Of a stretch of DNA of 64,000 nt, positions 28,001 through 42,900 are shown in pieces; position 1 is the stretch's first letter; every line of letters starts with the position of its first letter. The stretch comes from the human T2T-CHM13v2.0 reference genome, Homo sapiens. The position numbers and the translations under genes are program-made. The DNA lies in the NCBI RefSeq assembly GCF_009914755.1, contig NC_060948.1. One strand, 5' to 3'. The notes beneath the pieces are model-generated. The model saw only the letters and a program-made list of their open reading frames with translations, searched no databases and was not told the origin of the DNA.

Positions 28001-31000
28001 GAATCAAATCAATGGAATATAATCAAATGGAATGGATAGGAATTGAATGGAATAGATTGGATTGGAAGGGATTGGAATGCAATGGAATGGGAAGGACTCG
28101 AATTTCATGAAACGGAATGGAATGAATTGGAATGGAATGGACTCGAATGGAATGGAATCAAATGGAATGGCATCAAATGGAATGGAATCGAATGCAATGG
28201 AATGTTATGGAATGGAATGGGATGCATTGGAATGAAATGTCCTCTAATGGAATGGATTCGAGTGGAATGGAATCGAATATAATGGAGTCGAATGAAAAGG
28301 AATTGAAAGGAATGGGATCGAATAGAATGGAATATACTGGAATGTAATGTAATGAAGTCGAATGTAATTGACTGGAATGGAATGTACGTGAATGGAATGA
28401 AATCGAATGGAAAGTAATCCAATGGAATAGAATCTAATGCAATAAAATCGACTCGAATGGAATAGAATGGAATGGAATGGAATGCAGTGCAATGGAACGG
28501 AATGGAATGGAATGCAATGGAGTGGAATGGAATGGAATGGAATGGGATGGAATGGTATGGAATGGATAGTAATGGACTGGAATGAAATGGACTGGAAAGG
28601 AATGGACTGAAATTGAAAGGGCTCGAAAGGAATGGAGTCAAATGGAATGATCTGGAATGGAATGAACTCGAATGTAATGCAATCCAATAGAATGGAAACA
28701 AATGGAATGGAATTGAATGGAATGGAATTGAATGGATTGGGAACGAATGGAGTGAAATTGTATGGAATAGAAGAGAATAGAATGGAATGCAGGGGAAAGG
28801 AAAGGAATGGATTGGAATGGAATGGAATTCATTGGAATGGAAGGGAATGTAGTGTAATGGACAGGCCTGGAATAAACTGGAATGCTACGGTCTCGAATGG
28901 AATAAAAATGTATGGAATGCAATGCAGTGAAACGAATCGAATGTCATAGAATGTAATGGAATGCAAAAAAATGGACTCCAAAATCATTGACTGGAAAGGC
29001 TGGGTGTCGAAAGGAATTGACTCCAATGGAATGGAATCGAATGGAATGGAAGTGAATAGAATCGAACTAAATCGAATGGAATGGAATTGATAGGAACGGA
29101 ATGGAAAGGAATGGAATGATTTGGCATGGAATGGAATCGAATGGCATCGAATGGAATGGAATGGAATGTAATGGAATGGAATGTATTAGAATGTAATGAA
29201 CTTTAATGGGATGTACTCGAATGGATTCGACTGGAATGGAATGTTCTGGAAGTGAATGGACTCCAATGGAATGGATTCGAAAGGAATGGAATCGAACGGA
29301 ATGGAATCTAATGGAATGGAATTAAATGGAAAGGAATCAAAAGGAATAGCACGGAATTGAATTGAATGGAATCGAATGCAATGGAATCTAATGAAACGGA
29401 AAGGAAAGGAATGGAATGGAATGGAATGGGCTGGAATGGAATGGAATCGAAACGAATGGAATGGAATCGAACTGCAGAGACTGCAATGGAATGTACTGGA
29501 ATGCAAGGGAGTGTAATGGAAGGTTCTCGAAAAGAATGGAATCGAATGGAATGGAATTGAATGGAACGGAATAGAGTCGAATGGAATTGAATGGAATGGA
29601 ATGGACTAGAGTGAAATGGAATCGAGTCACAAGGAATAGACAGGAATAGAATGGTCTCGAATTGAATGGAATCGTATGGAATGGCATCAAACGGAATGGA
29701 ATGGACAGCCACGGAATGGAATGCACTCGAATGCAATGGAGTCGAAACTAATGGACTGGAATAGAATGGACTCGACTGGTACGGACTCCAATGGAATGGA
29801 ATGGAATGGAAGGGAATCGAACGGAATGGACTCGAAGTGAAAAGACTGCAACGGAAAGGTTTCGAATGGAATGGAAATTAATGGAATGGAATGGAATCGA
29901 ATGAAATGGAGTCAAAAGGAATGGAATCGAATGGCAAGGAATCGAATGTAATGGAATCACAAGGAATGGATGTGAACGGAACGGAATGGAATGGAATCAA
30001 AAGGAATGGAATAGAATGGAATGGAATCGAATGGAAAGGACTTGAATGGAAATCACTTGAATAGAAGGAAATTTAATAAAATAGGATCAAATATAATGGA
30101 ATGGAATGGAAAGGAATCGAAACGAAAGGAATGGAGACAGATGGAAAGGAATGGAACAGAGAGCAATGGTATAGAATGGAATGGAATCATCTGGAATGGA
30201 ATTGAATGGAATGGAATAATATGATATGGAATGGAATGGAATGGAATGCCCTTGAATTAAATGGACTGGAATGGAATGGACTCGAACAGAGTGGAATGGA
30301 AAGTGTTGAAATAGAATGGAATGGACTCCTTTGGAATGGTCTAGTATGCAATGCAATCGACTGGCAGGGAATCAAAAGGAATGTAATGGAATGGATTGGA
30401 CTGGAATGCAATGGAGTCGAATAGATAGGAAACGGAATGCAAAGGAATGGAATGGAATAGTATGGAATGGAATGGAAAGGAATGGAGTGGAATAGACTAG
30501 AGTGGAATGGAATGGACTCGAAAGCAATGGACTGGAATGGAACTTTCTTGAATGGACTGGAATCAAACGGAATGGAATGCAATGCAATCAAATGGCATGG
30601 AATAAAATAGAATGAAAGAGAATCAAATGGAATTGAATCGAATGGAATCGAATGGATTGGAAAGGAATAGAATGGAATGGAATGGAACTGACTCAAATGG
30701 AATGGACTAGAATGGAATGGAGTCGAATGGAAGGCAAAGGAATAGAATCTATTGGAATGGACTGTAATGGAATGGAATGGAAGGGATTGGAATGGACTCG
30801 AATGGAATGGACTGCAATAGAAAGGATTCGAATGGAATGAAAAAGAATTGAATGGAATAGAACAGAATGGAATCAAATCGAATGTAACGGAATGGAATTG
30901 AAAGGAATGGAATGAAATGGAATGGAAAGGATTCGAATGGAATGCAATCGAAGGGAATGCAATCGAATGGAATGGAATCGAACGGAATGGAATAAAATGG

Positions 31001-33885
31001 AAGAAAACTGGCAAGAAATGGAATCGAAATGAATGGAGTGTTATGGAACGGACTCAAAAGGAATTGAATGTAATAGAATGGAGTGGAGTGGACTCGAATG
31101 TAATGGACTGGAATGGAACGGAATCACATGGAATGGGAACGAATGGAATGGAATGGAAAGGAATGGAATCGAATGGAAAGGAATCGAATGGAAGGGAATG
31201 AAATTGAATCAACAGGAATGGAAGGGAATAGAATAGACTGTAATGGAATGGACTCGAACAGAATGGAAACGAATGCTCATATTGAATGGACTCGTATAGA
31301 ATGGAAACGAAAGGAATGTCATCGAATGGAATTGAATCGATTGGAATGAAATCGCATAGAATGGAGTGGAATCAAATGGAATTGAATCGAAAGTAAAGGA
31401 AGTGAATGGACTGAAATGAAATGGAATGGAATTGAATGGAAAGTAATGCAATGGAATGGAATGGAACGAAATTTCACTTAATGGAATCAAACAGAATGGA
31501 ATCAAATCAATGGAATATAATCAAATGGAATGGATAGGAATTGAATGGAATAGATTGGATTGGAAGGGATTGGAATGCAATGGAATGGGAAGGACTCGAA
31601 TTTCATGAAACGGAATGGAATGAATTGGAATGGAATGGACTCGAATGGAATGGAATCAAATGGAATGGCATCAAATGGAATGGAATCGAATGCAATGGAA
31701 TGTTATGGAATGGAATGGGATGCATTGGAATGAAATGTCCTCTAATGGAATGGATTCGAGTGGAATGGAATCGAATATAATGGAGTCGAATGAAAAGGAA
31801 TTGAAAGGAATGGGATCGAATAGAATGGAATATACTGGAATGTAATGTAATGAAGTCGAATGTAATTGACTGGAATGGAATGTACGTGAATGGAATGAAA
31901 TCGAATGGAAAGTAATCCAATGGAATAGAATCTAATGCAATAAAATCGACTCGAATGGAATAGAATGGAATGGAATGGAATGCAGTGCAATGGAACGGAA
32001 TGGAATGGAATGCAATGGAGTGGAATGGAATGGAATGGAATGGGATGGAATGGTATGGAATGGATAGTAATGGACTGGAATGAAATGGACTGGAAAGGAA
32101 TGGACTGAAATTGAAAGGGCTCGAAAGGAATGGAGTCAAATGGAATGATCTGGAATGGAATGAACTCGAATGTAATGCAATCCAATAGAATGGAAACAAA
32201 TGGAATGGAATTGAATGGAATGGAATTGAATGGATTGGGAACGAATGGAGTGAAATTGTATGGAATAGAAGAGAATAGAATGGAATGCAGGGGAAAGGAA
32301 AGGAATGGATTGGAATGGAATGGAATTCATTGGAATGGAAGGGAATGTAGTGTAATGGACAGGCCTGGAATAAACTGGAATGCTACGGTCTCGAATGGAA
32401 TAAAAATGTATGGAATGCAATGCAGTGAAACGAATCGAATGTCATAGAATGTAATGGAATGCAAAAAAATGGACTCCAAAATCATTGACTGGAAAGGCTG
32501 GGTGTCGAAAGGAATTGACTCCAATGGAATGGAATCGAATGGAATGGAAGTGAATAGAATCGAACTAAATCGAATGGAATGGAATTGATAGGAACGGAAT
32601 GGAAAGGAATGGAATGATTTGGCATGGAATGGAATCGAATGGCATCGAATGGAATGGAATGGAATGTAATGGAATGGAATGTATTAGAATGTAATGAACT
32701 TTAATGGGATGTACTCGAATGGATTCGACTGGAATGGAATGTTCTGGAAGTGAATGGACTCCAATGGAATGGATTCGAAAGGAATGGAATCGAACGGAAT
32801 GGAATCTAATGGAATGGAATTAAATGGAAAGGAATCAAAAGGAATAGCACGGAATTGAATTGAATGGAATCGAATGCAATGGAATCTAATGAAACGGAAA
32901 GGAAAGGAATGGAATGGAATGGAATGGGCTGGAATGGAATGGAATCGAAACGAATGGAATGGAATCGAACTGCAGAGACTGCAATGGAATGTACTGGAAT
33001 GCAAGGGAGTGTAATGGAAGGTTCTCGAAAAGAATGGAATCGAATGGAATGGAATTGAATGGAACGGAATAGAGTCGAATGGAATTGAATGGAATGGAAT
33101 GGACTAGAGTGAAATGGAATCGAGTCACAAGGAATAGACAGGAATAGAATGGTCTCGAATTGAATGGAATCGTATGGAATGGCATCAAACGGAATGGAAT
33201 GGACAGCCACGGAATGGAATGCACTCGAATGCAATGGAGTCGAAACTAATGGACTGGAATAGAATGGACTCGACTGGTACGGACTCCAATGGAATGGAAT
33301 GGAATGGAAGGGAATCGAACGGAATGGACTCGAAGTGAAAAGACTGCAACGGAAAGGTTTCGAATGGAATGGAAATTAATGGAATGGAATGGAATCGAAT
33401 GAAATGGAGTCAAAAGGAATGGAATCGAATGGCAAGGAATCGAATGTAATGGAATCACAAGGAATGGATGTGAACGGAACGGAATGGAATGGAATCAAAA
33501 GGAATGGAATAGAATGGAATGGAATCGAATGGAAAGGACTTGAATGGAAATCACTTGAATAGAAGGAAATTTAATAAAATAGGATCAAATATAATGGAAT
33601 GGAATGGAAAGGAATCGAAACGAAAGGAATGGAGACAGATGGAAAGGAATGGAACAGAGAGCAATGGTATAGAATGGAATGGAATCATCTGGAATGGAAT
33701 TGAATGGAATGGAATAATATGATATGGAATGGAATGGAATGGAATGCCCTTGAATTAAATGGACTGGAATGGAATGGACTCGAACAGAGTGGAATGGAAA
33801 GTGTTGAAATAGAATGGAATGGACTCCTTTGGAATGGTCTAGTATGCAATGCAATCGACTGGCAGGGAATCAAAAGGAATGTAAT
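16081..33885 (+). repeat. Homogenised block of five near-identical 3498-bp units, one carrying a 30-bp deletion
   Basis: GGACTTGAAT recurs from 16076 to 33536 (17460 bp = 5x3498-30). Markers GCAGGGGAAAGG, GATTGGGAAC, GGAAGTGAATGGACTGAAA and GAATAGACAGG are shared. The ORF track repeats identically at 3498-bp offsets. Confidence 0.92.
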
Positions 33886-36800
33886 GGAATGCATTGGACT
33901 GGAATGCAATGGACTCGAATAGATAGGAAACGGAATGCAAAGGAATGGAATGGAATAGTATGGAATGGAATGGAAAGGAATGGAGTGGAATAGACTAGAG
34001 TGGAATGTAATGGACTGGAAAGCAATGGACTGGAATGGAACTTTCTTGAATGGACTGGAATCAAACGGAATGGAATGCAATGCAATCAAATGGCATGGAA
34101 TAAAATAGAATGAAAGAGAATCAAATGGAATTGAATCGAATGGAATCGAATGGATTGGAAAGGAATAGAATGGAATGGAATGGAACTGACTCAAATGGAA
34201 TGGACTAGAATGGAATGGAGTCGAATGGAAGGCAAAGGAATAGAATCTATTGGAATGGACTGTAATGGAATGGAATGGAAGGGATTGGAATGGACTCGAA
34301 TGGAATGGACTGCAATAGAAAGGATTCGAATGGAATGAAAAAGAATTGAATGGAATAGAACAGAATGGAATCAAATCGAATGTAACGGAATGGAATTGAA
34401 AGGAATGGAATGAAATGGAATGGAAAGGATTCAAATGGAATGCAATCGAAGGGAATGCAATCGAATGGAATGGAATCGAACGGAATGGAATAAAATGGAA
34501 GAAAACTGGCAAGAAATGGAATCGAAATGAATGGAGTGTTATGGAACGGACTCAAAAGGAATTGAATGTAATAGAATGGAGTGGAGTGGACTCGAATGTA
34601 ATGGACTGGAATGGAACGGAATCACATGGAATGGGAACGAATGGAATGGAATGGAAAGGAATGGAATCGAATGGAAAGGAATCGAATGGAAGGGAATGAA
34701 ATTGAATCAACAGGAATGGAAGGGAATAGAATAGACTGTAATGGAATGGACTCGAACAGAATGGAAACGAATGCTCATATTGAATGGACTCGTATAGAAT
34801 GGAAACGAAAGGAATGTCATCGAATGGAATTGAATCGATTGGAATGAAATCGCATAGAATGGAGTGGAATCAAATGGAATTGAATCGAAAGTAAAGGAAG
34901 CGAATGGACTGAAATGAAATGGAATGGAATTGAATGGAAAGTAATGCAATGGAATGGAATGGAACGAAATTTCACTTAATGGAATCAAACAGAATGGAAT
35001 CAAATCAATGGAATATAATCAAATGGAATGGATAGGAATTGAATGGAATAGATTGGATTGGAAGGGATTGGAATGCAATGGAATGGGAAGGACTCGAATT
35101 TCATGAAACGGAATGGAATGAATTGGAATGGAATGGACTCGAATGGAATGGAATCAAATGGAATGGCATCAAATGGAATGGAATCGAATGCAATGGAATG
35201 TTATGGAATGGAATGGGATGCATTGGAATGAAATGTCCTCTAATGGAATGGATTCGAGTGGAAAGGAATCGAATATAATGGAGTCGAATGAAAAGGAATT
35301 GAAAGGAATGGGATCGAATAGAATGGAATATACTGGAATGTAATGTAATGAAGTCGAATGTAATTGACTGGAATGGAATGTACGTGAATGGAATGTAATC
35401 GAATGGAAAGTAATCCAAAGGAAGAGAATCTAATGCAATAAAATCGACTCGAATGGAATAGAATGGAATGGAATGGAATGCAGTGCAATGGAACGGAATG
35501 GAATGGAATGCAATGGAGTGGAATGGAATGGAATGGAATGGAATGGGACGGAATGGTATGGAATGGATAGTAATGGACTGGAGTGAAATGGACAGGAAAG
35601 GAATGGACTGAAATTGAAAGGGCTCGAAAGGAATGGAGTCAAATGGAATGATCTGGAATGGAATGAACTCGAATGTAATGCAATCCAATAGAATGGAAAC
35701 AAATGGAATGGAATTGAATGGAATGGAATTGAATGGAATGGGAACGAATGGAGTGAAATTGTATGGAATAGAAGAGAATAGAATGGAATGCAAGGGAAAG
35801 GAAAGGAATGGATTGGAATGGAATGGAATTCATTGGAATGGAAGGGAATGTAGTGTAATGGACAGGCCTGGAATAAACTGGAATGCTACGGTCTCGAATG
35901 GAATAAAAATGTATGGAATGGAATGCAGTGAAACGAATCGAATGTCATAGAATGTAATGGAATGCAAAAAAATGGACTCCAAAATCATTGACTGGAAAGG
36001 CTGGGTGTCGAAAGGAATTGACTCCAATGGAATGGAATCGAATGGAATGGAAGTGAATAGAATCGAACTAAATCGAATGGAATGGAATTGATAGGAACGG
36101 AATGGAAAGGAATGGAATGATTTGGCATGGAATGGAATCGAATGGCATCGAATGGAATGGAATGGAATGCAATGGAATGGAATGTATTAGAATGTAATGA
36201 ACTTTAATGGGATGTACTCGAATGGATTCGACTGGAATGGAATGTTCTGGAAGTGAATGGACTCCAATGGAATGGATTCGAAAGGAATGGAATCGAACGG
36301 AATGGAATCTAATGGAATGGAATTAAATGGAAAGGAATCAAATGGAATAGCACGGAATTGAATTGAATGGAATCGAATGCAATGGAATCTAATGAAACGG
36401 AAAGGAAAGGAATGGAATGGAATGGAATGGGCTGGAATGGAATGGAATCGAAACGAATGGAATGGAATCGAACTGCAGAGACTGCAATGGAATGTACTGG
36501 AATGCAAGGGAGTGTAATGGAAGGTTCTCGAAAAAAATGGAATCGAATGGAATGGAATTGAATGGAACGGAATAGAGTCGAATGGAATTGAATGGAATGG
36601 AATGGACTAGAGTGAAATGGAATCGAGTCACAAGGAATGGACAGGAATAGAATGGTCTCGAATTGAATGGAATCGTATGGAATGGCATCAAACGGAATGG
36701 AATGGACAGCCACGGAATGGAATGCACTCGAATGCAATGGAGTCGAAACTAATGGACTGGAATAGAATGGACTCGACTGGTACGGACTCCAATGGAATGG

Positions 36801-39800
36801 AATGGAATGGAAGGGAATCGAACGGAATGGACTCGAAGTGAAAAGACTGCAACGGAAAGGTTTCGAATGGAATGGAAATTAATGGAATGGAATGGAATCG
36901 AATGAAATGGAGTCAAAAGGAATGGAATCGAATGGCAAGGAATCGAATGTAATGGAATCGCAAGGAATGGATGTGAACGGAACGGAATGGAATGGAATCA
37001 AAAGGAATGGAATAGAATGGAATGGAATCGAATGGAAAGGACTCGAATGGAAATCACTTGAATAGAAGGAAATTTAATAAAATAGGATCAAATATAATGG
37101 AATGGAATGGAAAGGAATCGAAACGAAAGGAATGGAGACAGATGGAAAGGAATGGAACAGAGAGCAATGGTATAGAATGGAATGGAATCATCTGGAATGG
37201 AATTGAATGGAATGGAATAATATGATATGGAATGGAATGGAATGGAATGCCCTTGAATTAAATGGACTGGAATGGAATGGACTCGAACAGAGTGGAATGG
37301 AAAGTGTTGAAATAGAATGGAATGGACTCCTTTGGAATGGTCTAGTATGCAATGCAATCGACTGGCAGGGAATCAAAAGGAATGTAATCGAATGGATTGG
37401 ACTGGAATGCAACGGACTCGAATAGATAGGAAACGGAATGCAAAGGAATGGAATGGAATAGTATGGAATGGAATGGAAAGGAATGGAGTGGAATAGACTA
37501 GAGTGGAATGGAATGGACTCGAAAGCAATGGACTGGCATGGAACTTACTTGAATGGACTGGAATCAAACGGAATGGAATGCAATGCAATCAAATGGCATG
37601 GAATAAAATAGAATGAAAGAGAATCAAATGGAATTGAATCGAATGGAATCGAATGGATTGGAAAGGAATAGAATGGAATGGAATGGAACTGACTCAAATG
37701 GAATGGACTAGAATGGAATGGAGTCGAATGGAAGGCAAAGGAATAGAATCTATTGGAATGGACTGTAATGGAATGGAATGGAAGGGATTGGAATGGACTC
37801 GAATGGAATGGACTGCAATAGAAAGGATTCGAATGGAATGAAAAAGAATTGAATGGAATAGAACAGAATGGAATCAAATCGAATGTAACGGAATGGAATT
37901 GAAAGGAATGGAATGAAATGGAATGGAAAGGATTCGAATGGAATGCAATCGAAGGGAATGCAATCGAATGGAATGGAATCGAACGGAATGGAATAAAATG
38001 GAAGAAAACTGGCAAGAAATGGAATCGAAATGAATGGAGTGTTATGGAACGGACTCAAAAGGAATTGAATGTAATAGAATGGAGTGGAGTGGACTCGAAT
38101 GTAATGGACTGGAATGGAACGGAATCACATGGAATGGGAACGAATGGAATGGAATGGAAAGGAATGGAATCGAATGGAAATGAATCGAATGGAAGGGAAT
38201 GAAATTGAATCAACAGGAATGGAAGGGAATAGAATAGACTGTAATGGAATGGACTCGAACAGAATGGAAACGAATGCTCATATTGAATGGACTCGTATAG
38301 AATGGAAACGAAAGGAATGTCATCGAATGGAATTGAATCGATTGGAATGAAATCGCATAGAATGGAGTGGAATCAAATGGAATTGAATCGAAAGGAAAGG
38401 AAGCGAATGGACTGAAATGAAATGGAATGGAATTGAATGGAATGTAATGCAATGGAATGGAATGGAACGAAATTTCACGGAATGGAATCAAACAGAATGG
38501 AATCAAATCAATGGAATATAATCAAATGGAATGGATAGGAATTGAATGGAATAGATTGGATTGGAAGGGATTGGAATGCAATGGAATGGGAAGGACTCGA
38601 ATTTCATGAAACGGAATGGAATGAATTGGAATGGAATGGACTCGAATGGAATGGAATCAAATGGAATGGCATCAAATGGAATGGAATCGAATGCAATGGA
38701 ATGTTATGGAATGGAATGGGATGCATTGGAATGAAATGTCCTCTAATGGAATGGATTCGAGTGGAATGGAATCGAATATAATGGAGTCGAATGAAATGGA
38801 ATTGAAAGGAATGGGATCGAATAGAATGGAATATACTGGAATGTAATGTAATGAAGTCGAATGTAATTGACTGGAATGGAATGTACGTGAATGGAATGTA
38901 ATCGAATGGAAAGTAATCCAATGGAATAGAATCTAATGCAATAAAATCGACTCGAATGGAATAGAATGGAATGGAATGGAATGCAGTGCAGTGGAACGGA
39001 ATGGAATGGAATTCAATGGAGTGGAATGGAATGGAATGGAATGGAATGGAATGGGATGGAATGGTTTGGAATGGATAGTAATGGACTGGAGTGAAATGGA
39101 CTGGAAAGGAATGGACTCAAATTGAAAGGGCTCGAAAGGAATGGAGTCAAATGGAATGATCTGAAATGGAATGAACTCGAATGTAATACAATCCAATAGA
39201 ATGGAAACAAATGAAATGGAATTGAATGGAATGGAATTGAATGGAATGGGAACGAATGGAGTGAAATTGTATGGAATAGAAGAGAATAGAATGGAATGCA
39301 AGGGAAAGGAAAGGAAAGGATTGGAATGGAATGGAATTCATTGGAATGGAAGGGAATGTAGTGTAATGGACAGGCCTGGAATAAACTGTAATGCTACGGT
39401 CTCGAATGGAATAAAAATGTACGGAATGGAATGCAATGAAACGGAATCGAATGTCATAGAATGTAATGGAATGCAAAAAAATGGACTCCAAAATCATTGA
39501 CTGGAAAGGCTGGGTGTCGAAAGGAATTGACTCCAATGGAATGGAATCGAATGGAATGGAAGTGAATAGAATCGAACTAAATCGAATGGAATGGAATTGA
39601 TAGGAACGGAATGGAAAGGAATGGAATGATTTGGCATGGAATGGAATGGAATGGCATCGAATGGAATGGAATGGAATGCAATGGAATGGAATGTATTAGA
39701 ATGTAATGAACTTTAATGGGATGTACTCGAATGGATTCGACTGGAATGGAATGTTCTGGAAGTGAATGGACTCCAATGGAATGGATTCGAAAGGAATGGA

Positions 39801-39949
39801 ATCGAACGGAATGGAATCTAATGGAATGGAATTAAATGGAAAGGAATCAAATTGAATAGCACGGAATTGAATTGAATGGAATCGAATGCAATGGAATCTA
39901 ATGAAACGGAAAGGAAAGGAATGAAATGGAATGGAATGGGCTGGAATGG

Positions 39950-42900
39950 AATGGAATCGAAACGAATGGAATGGAATCGAACTGCAGAGACTGCCATGGA
40001 ATGTACTGGAATGCAAGGGAGAGTAATGGAAGGTTCTCGAAAAGAATGGAATCGAATGGAATGGAATTGAATGGAACGGAATAGAGTTGAATGGAATTGA
40101 ATGGAATGGAATGGACTAGAGTGAAATGGAATCGAGTCACAAGGAATGGACAGGAATAGAATGGCCTCGAATTGAATGGTATCGTATGGAATGGCATCAA
40201 ACGGAATGGAATGGACAGCCACGGAATGGAATGCACTCGAATGCAATGGAGTCGAAACTATTGGACTGGGATAGAATGGACTCGACTGGTACGGACTCCA
40301 ATGGAATGGAATGGAATGGAAGGGAATCGAACGGAATGGACTCGAAGTGAAAAGACTGCAACGGAAAGGTTTCGAATGGAATGGAAATTAATGGAATGGA
40401 ATGGAATCGAATGAAATGGAGTCAAAAGGAATGGAATCGAATGGCAAGGAATCGAATGTAATGGAATCGCAAGGAATGGATGTGAACGGAACGGAATGGA
40501 ATGGAATCAAAAGGAATGGAATAGAATGGAATGGAATCGAATGGAAAGGACTCGAATGGAAATCACTTGAATAGAATGAAATTTAATAAAATAGGATCAA
40601 ATGTAATGGAATGGAATGGAAAGGAATCGAAACGAAAGGAATGGAGACAGATGGAATGGAATGGAACAGAGAGCAATGGTATAGAATGGAATGGAATCAT
40701 CTGGAATGGAATTGAATGGAATGGAATAATATGATATGGAAGGAATGGAACGGAATGCCCTTGAATTAAATGGACTGGAATGGAATGGACTGGAACAGAG
40801 TGGAATGGAAAGTGTTGAAATAGAATGGAATGGACTCCTTTGGAATGGTCTAGTATGCAAGGCAATCGACTGGCAGGGAATCAAAAGGAATGTAATCGAA
40901 TGGATTGGACTGGAATGCAATGGACTCGAATAGATAGGAAACGGAATGCAAAGGAATGGAATGGAATAGTATGGAATGGAATGGAATGGAAGGAATGGAG
41001 TGAAATAGACTAGAGTGGAATGGAATTGACTCGAAAGCAATGGACTGGAATGGAACTTTCTTGAATGGACTGGAATCAAACGGAATGGAATGCAATGCAA
41101 TCAAATGGCATGGAATAAAATAGAATGAAAGAGAATCAAATGGAATTGAATCGAATGGAATCGAATGGATTGGAAAGGAATAGAATGGAATGGAATGGAA
41201 CTGACTCAAATGGAATGGACTGGAATGAAATGGAGTCGAAAGGAAGGCAAAGGAATAGAATCTATTGGAATGGACTGTAATGGAATGGAATGGAAGGAAT
41301 TGGAATGGACTCGAATGGAATGGACTGCAATAGAAAGGATTCGAATGGAATGAAAAAGAATTGAATGGAATAGAACAGAATGGAATCAAATCGAATGTAA
41401 CGGAATGGAATTGAAAGGAATGGAATGAAATGGAATGGAAAGGATTCGAATGGAATGCAATCGAAGGGAATGCAATCGAATGGAATGGAATCGAACAGAA
41501 TGGAATAAAATGGAAGAAAACTGGCAAGAAATGGAATCGAAATGAATGCAGTGTTATGGAACGGACTCAAAAGGAATTGAATGTAATAGAATGGAGTGGA
41601 GTGGACTCGAATATTATGGACTGGAATGGAATGGAATCACATGGAATGGGAACGAATGGAATGGAATGGAAAGGAAAGGAATCGAATGGAAAGGAATCGA
41701 ATGGAAGGGAAGGAAATTGAATCAACAGGAATGGAAGGGAATAGAATAGACTGTAATGGAATGGACTCGAATAGAATGGACACGAATGCTCAAATTGAAC
41801 GGACTCGTATAGAATGGAAATGAAAGGAATGTCATCGAATGGAATTGAATCGATTGGAATGAAATCGCATAGAATGGAGTGGAATCAAATGGAATTGAAT
41901 CGAAAGCAAAGGAAGCGAATGGACTGAAATGAAATGGAATGGAATTGAATGGAAAGTAATGCAATGGAATGGAATGGAACGAAATTTCAGGGAATGGAAT
42001 CAAACAGAATGGAATCAAATCAATGGAATCTAATCAAAAGGAATGGATAGGAATTAAAAGGAATAGATTCGATTGGAAGGGATTGGAATGCAATGGAATG
42101 GGAAGGACACGAATTTCATGAAACGGAATGGAATGGACTCGAATGGAATGGAATGTCATGGAATGGCATCAAATGGAATGGCATCAAATGGAATGGAATC
42201 GAATGCAATGGAATGTTATGGAATGGAATGGGATGCATTGGAATGAAATGTCCTCTAATGGAATGGATTCGAGTGGAATGGAATCGAATATAATGGAGTC
42301 GAATGAAATGGAATTGAAAGGAATGGGATCGAATAGAATGGAATATACTGGAATGTAATGTAATGAAGTCGAATGTAATTGACTGGAATGGAATGTACGT
42401 GAATGGAATGTAATCGAATGGAAAGTAATCCAATGGAATAGAATCTAATGCAATAAAATCGACTCGAATGGAATGGAATGGAATGGAATGGAATGCAGTG
42501 CAGTGGAACGGAATGGAATGGAATTCAATGGAGTGGAATGGAATGGAATGGAATGGAATGGGATGGAATGGTTTGGAATGGATAGTAATGGACTGGAGTG
42601 AAATGGACTGGAAAGGAATGGACTCAAATTGAAAGGGCTCGAAAGGAATGGAGTCAAATGGAATGATCTGAAATGGAATGAACTCGAATGTAATACAATC
42701 CAATAGAATGGAAACAAATGAAATGGAATTGAATGGAATGGAATTGAATGGAATGGGAACGAATGGAGTGAAATTGTATGGAATAGAAGAGAATAGAATG
42801 GAATACAAGGGAAAGGAAAGGAAAGGATTGGAATGGAATGGAATTCATTGGAATGGAAGGGAATGTAGTGTAATGGACAGGCCTGGAATAAACTGGAATG

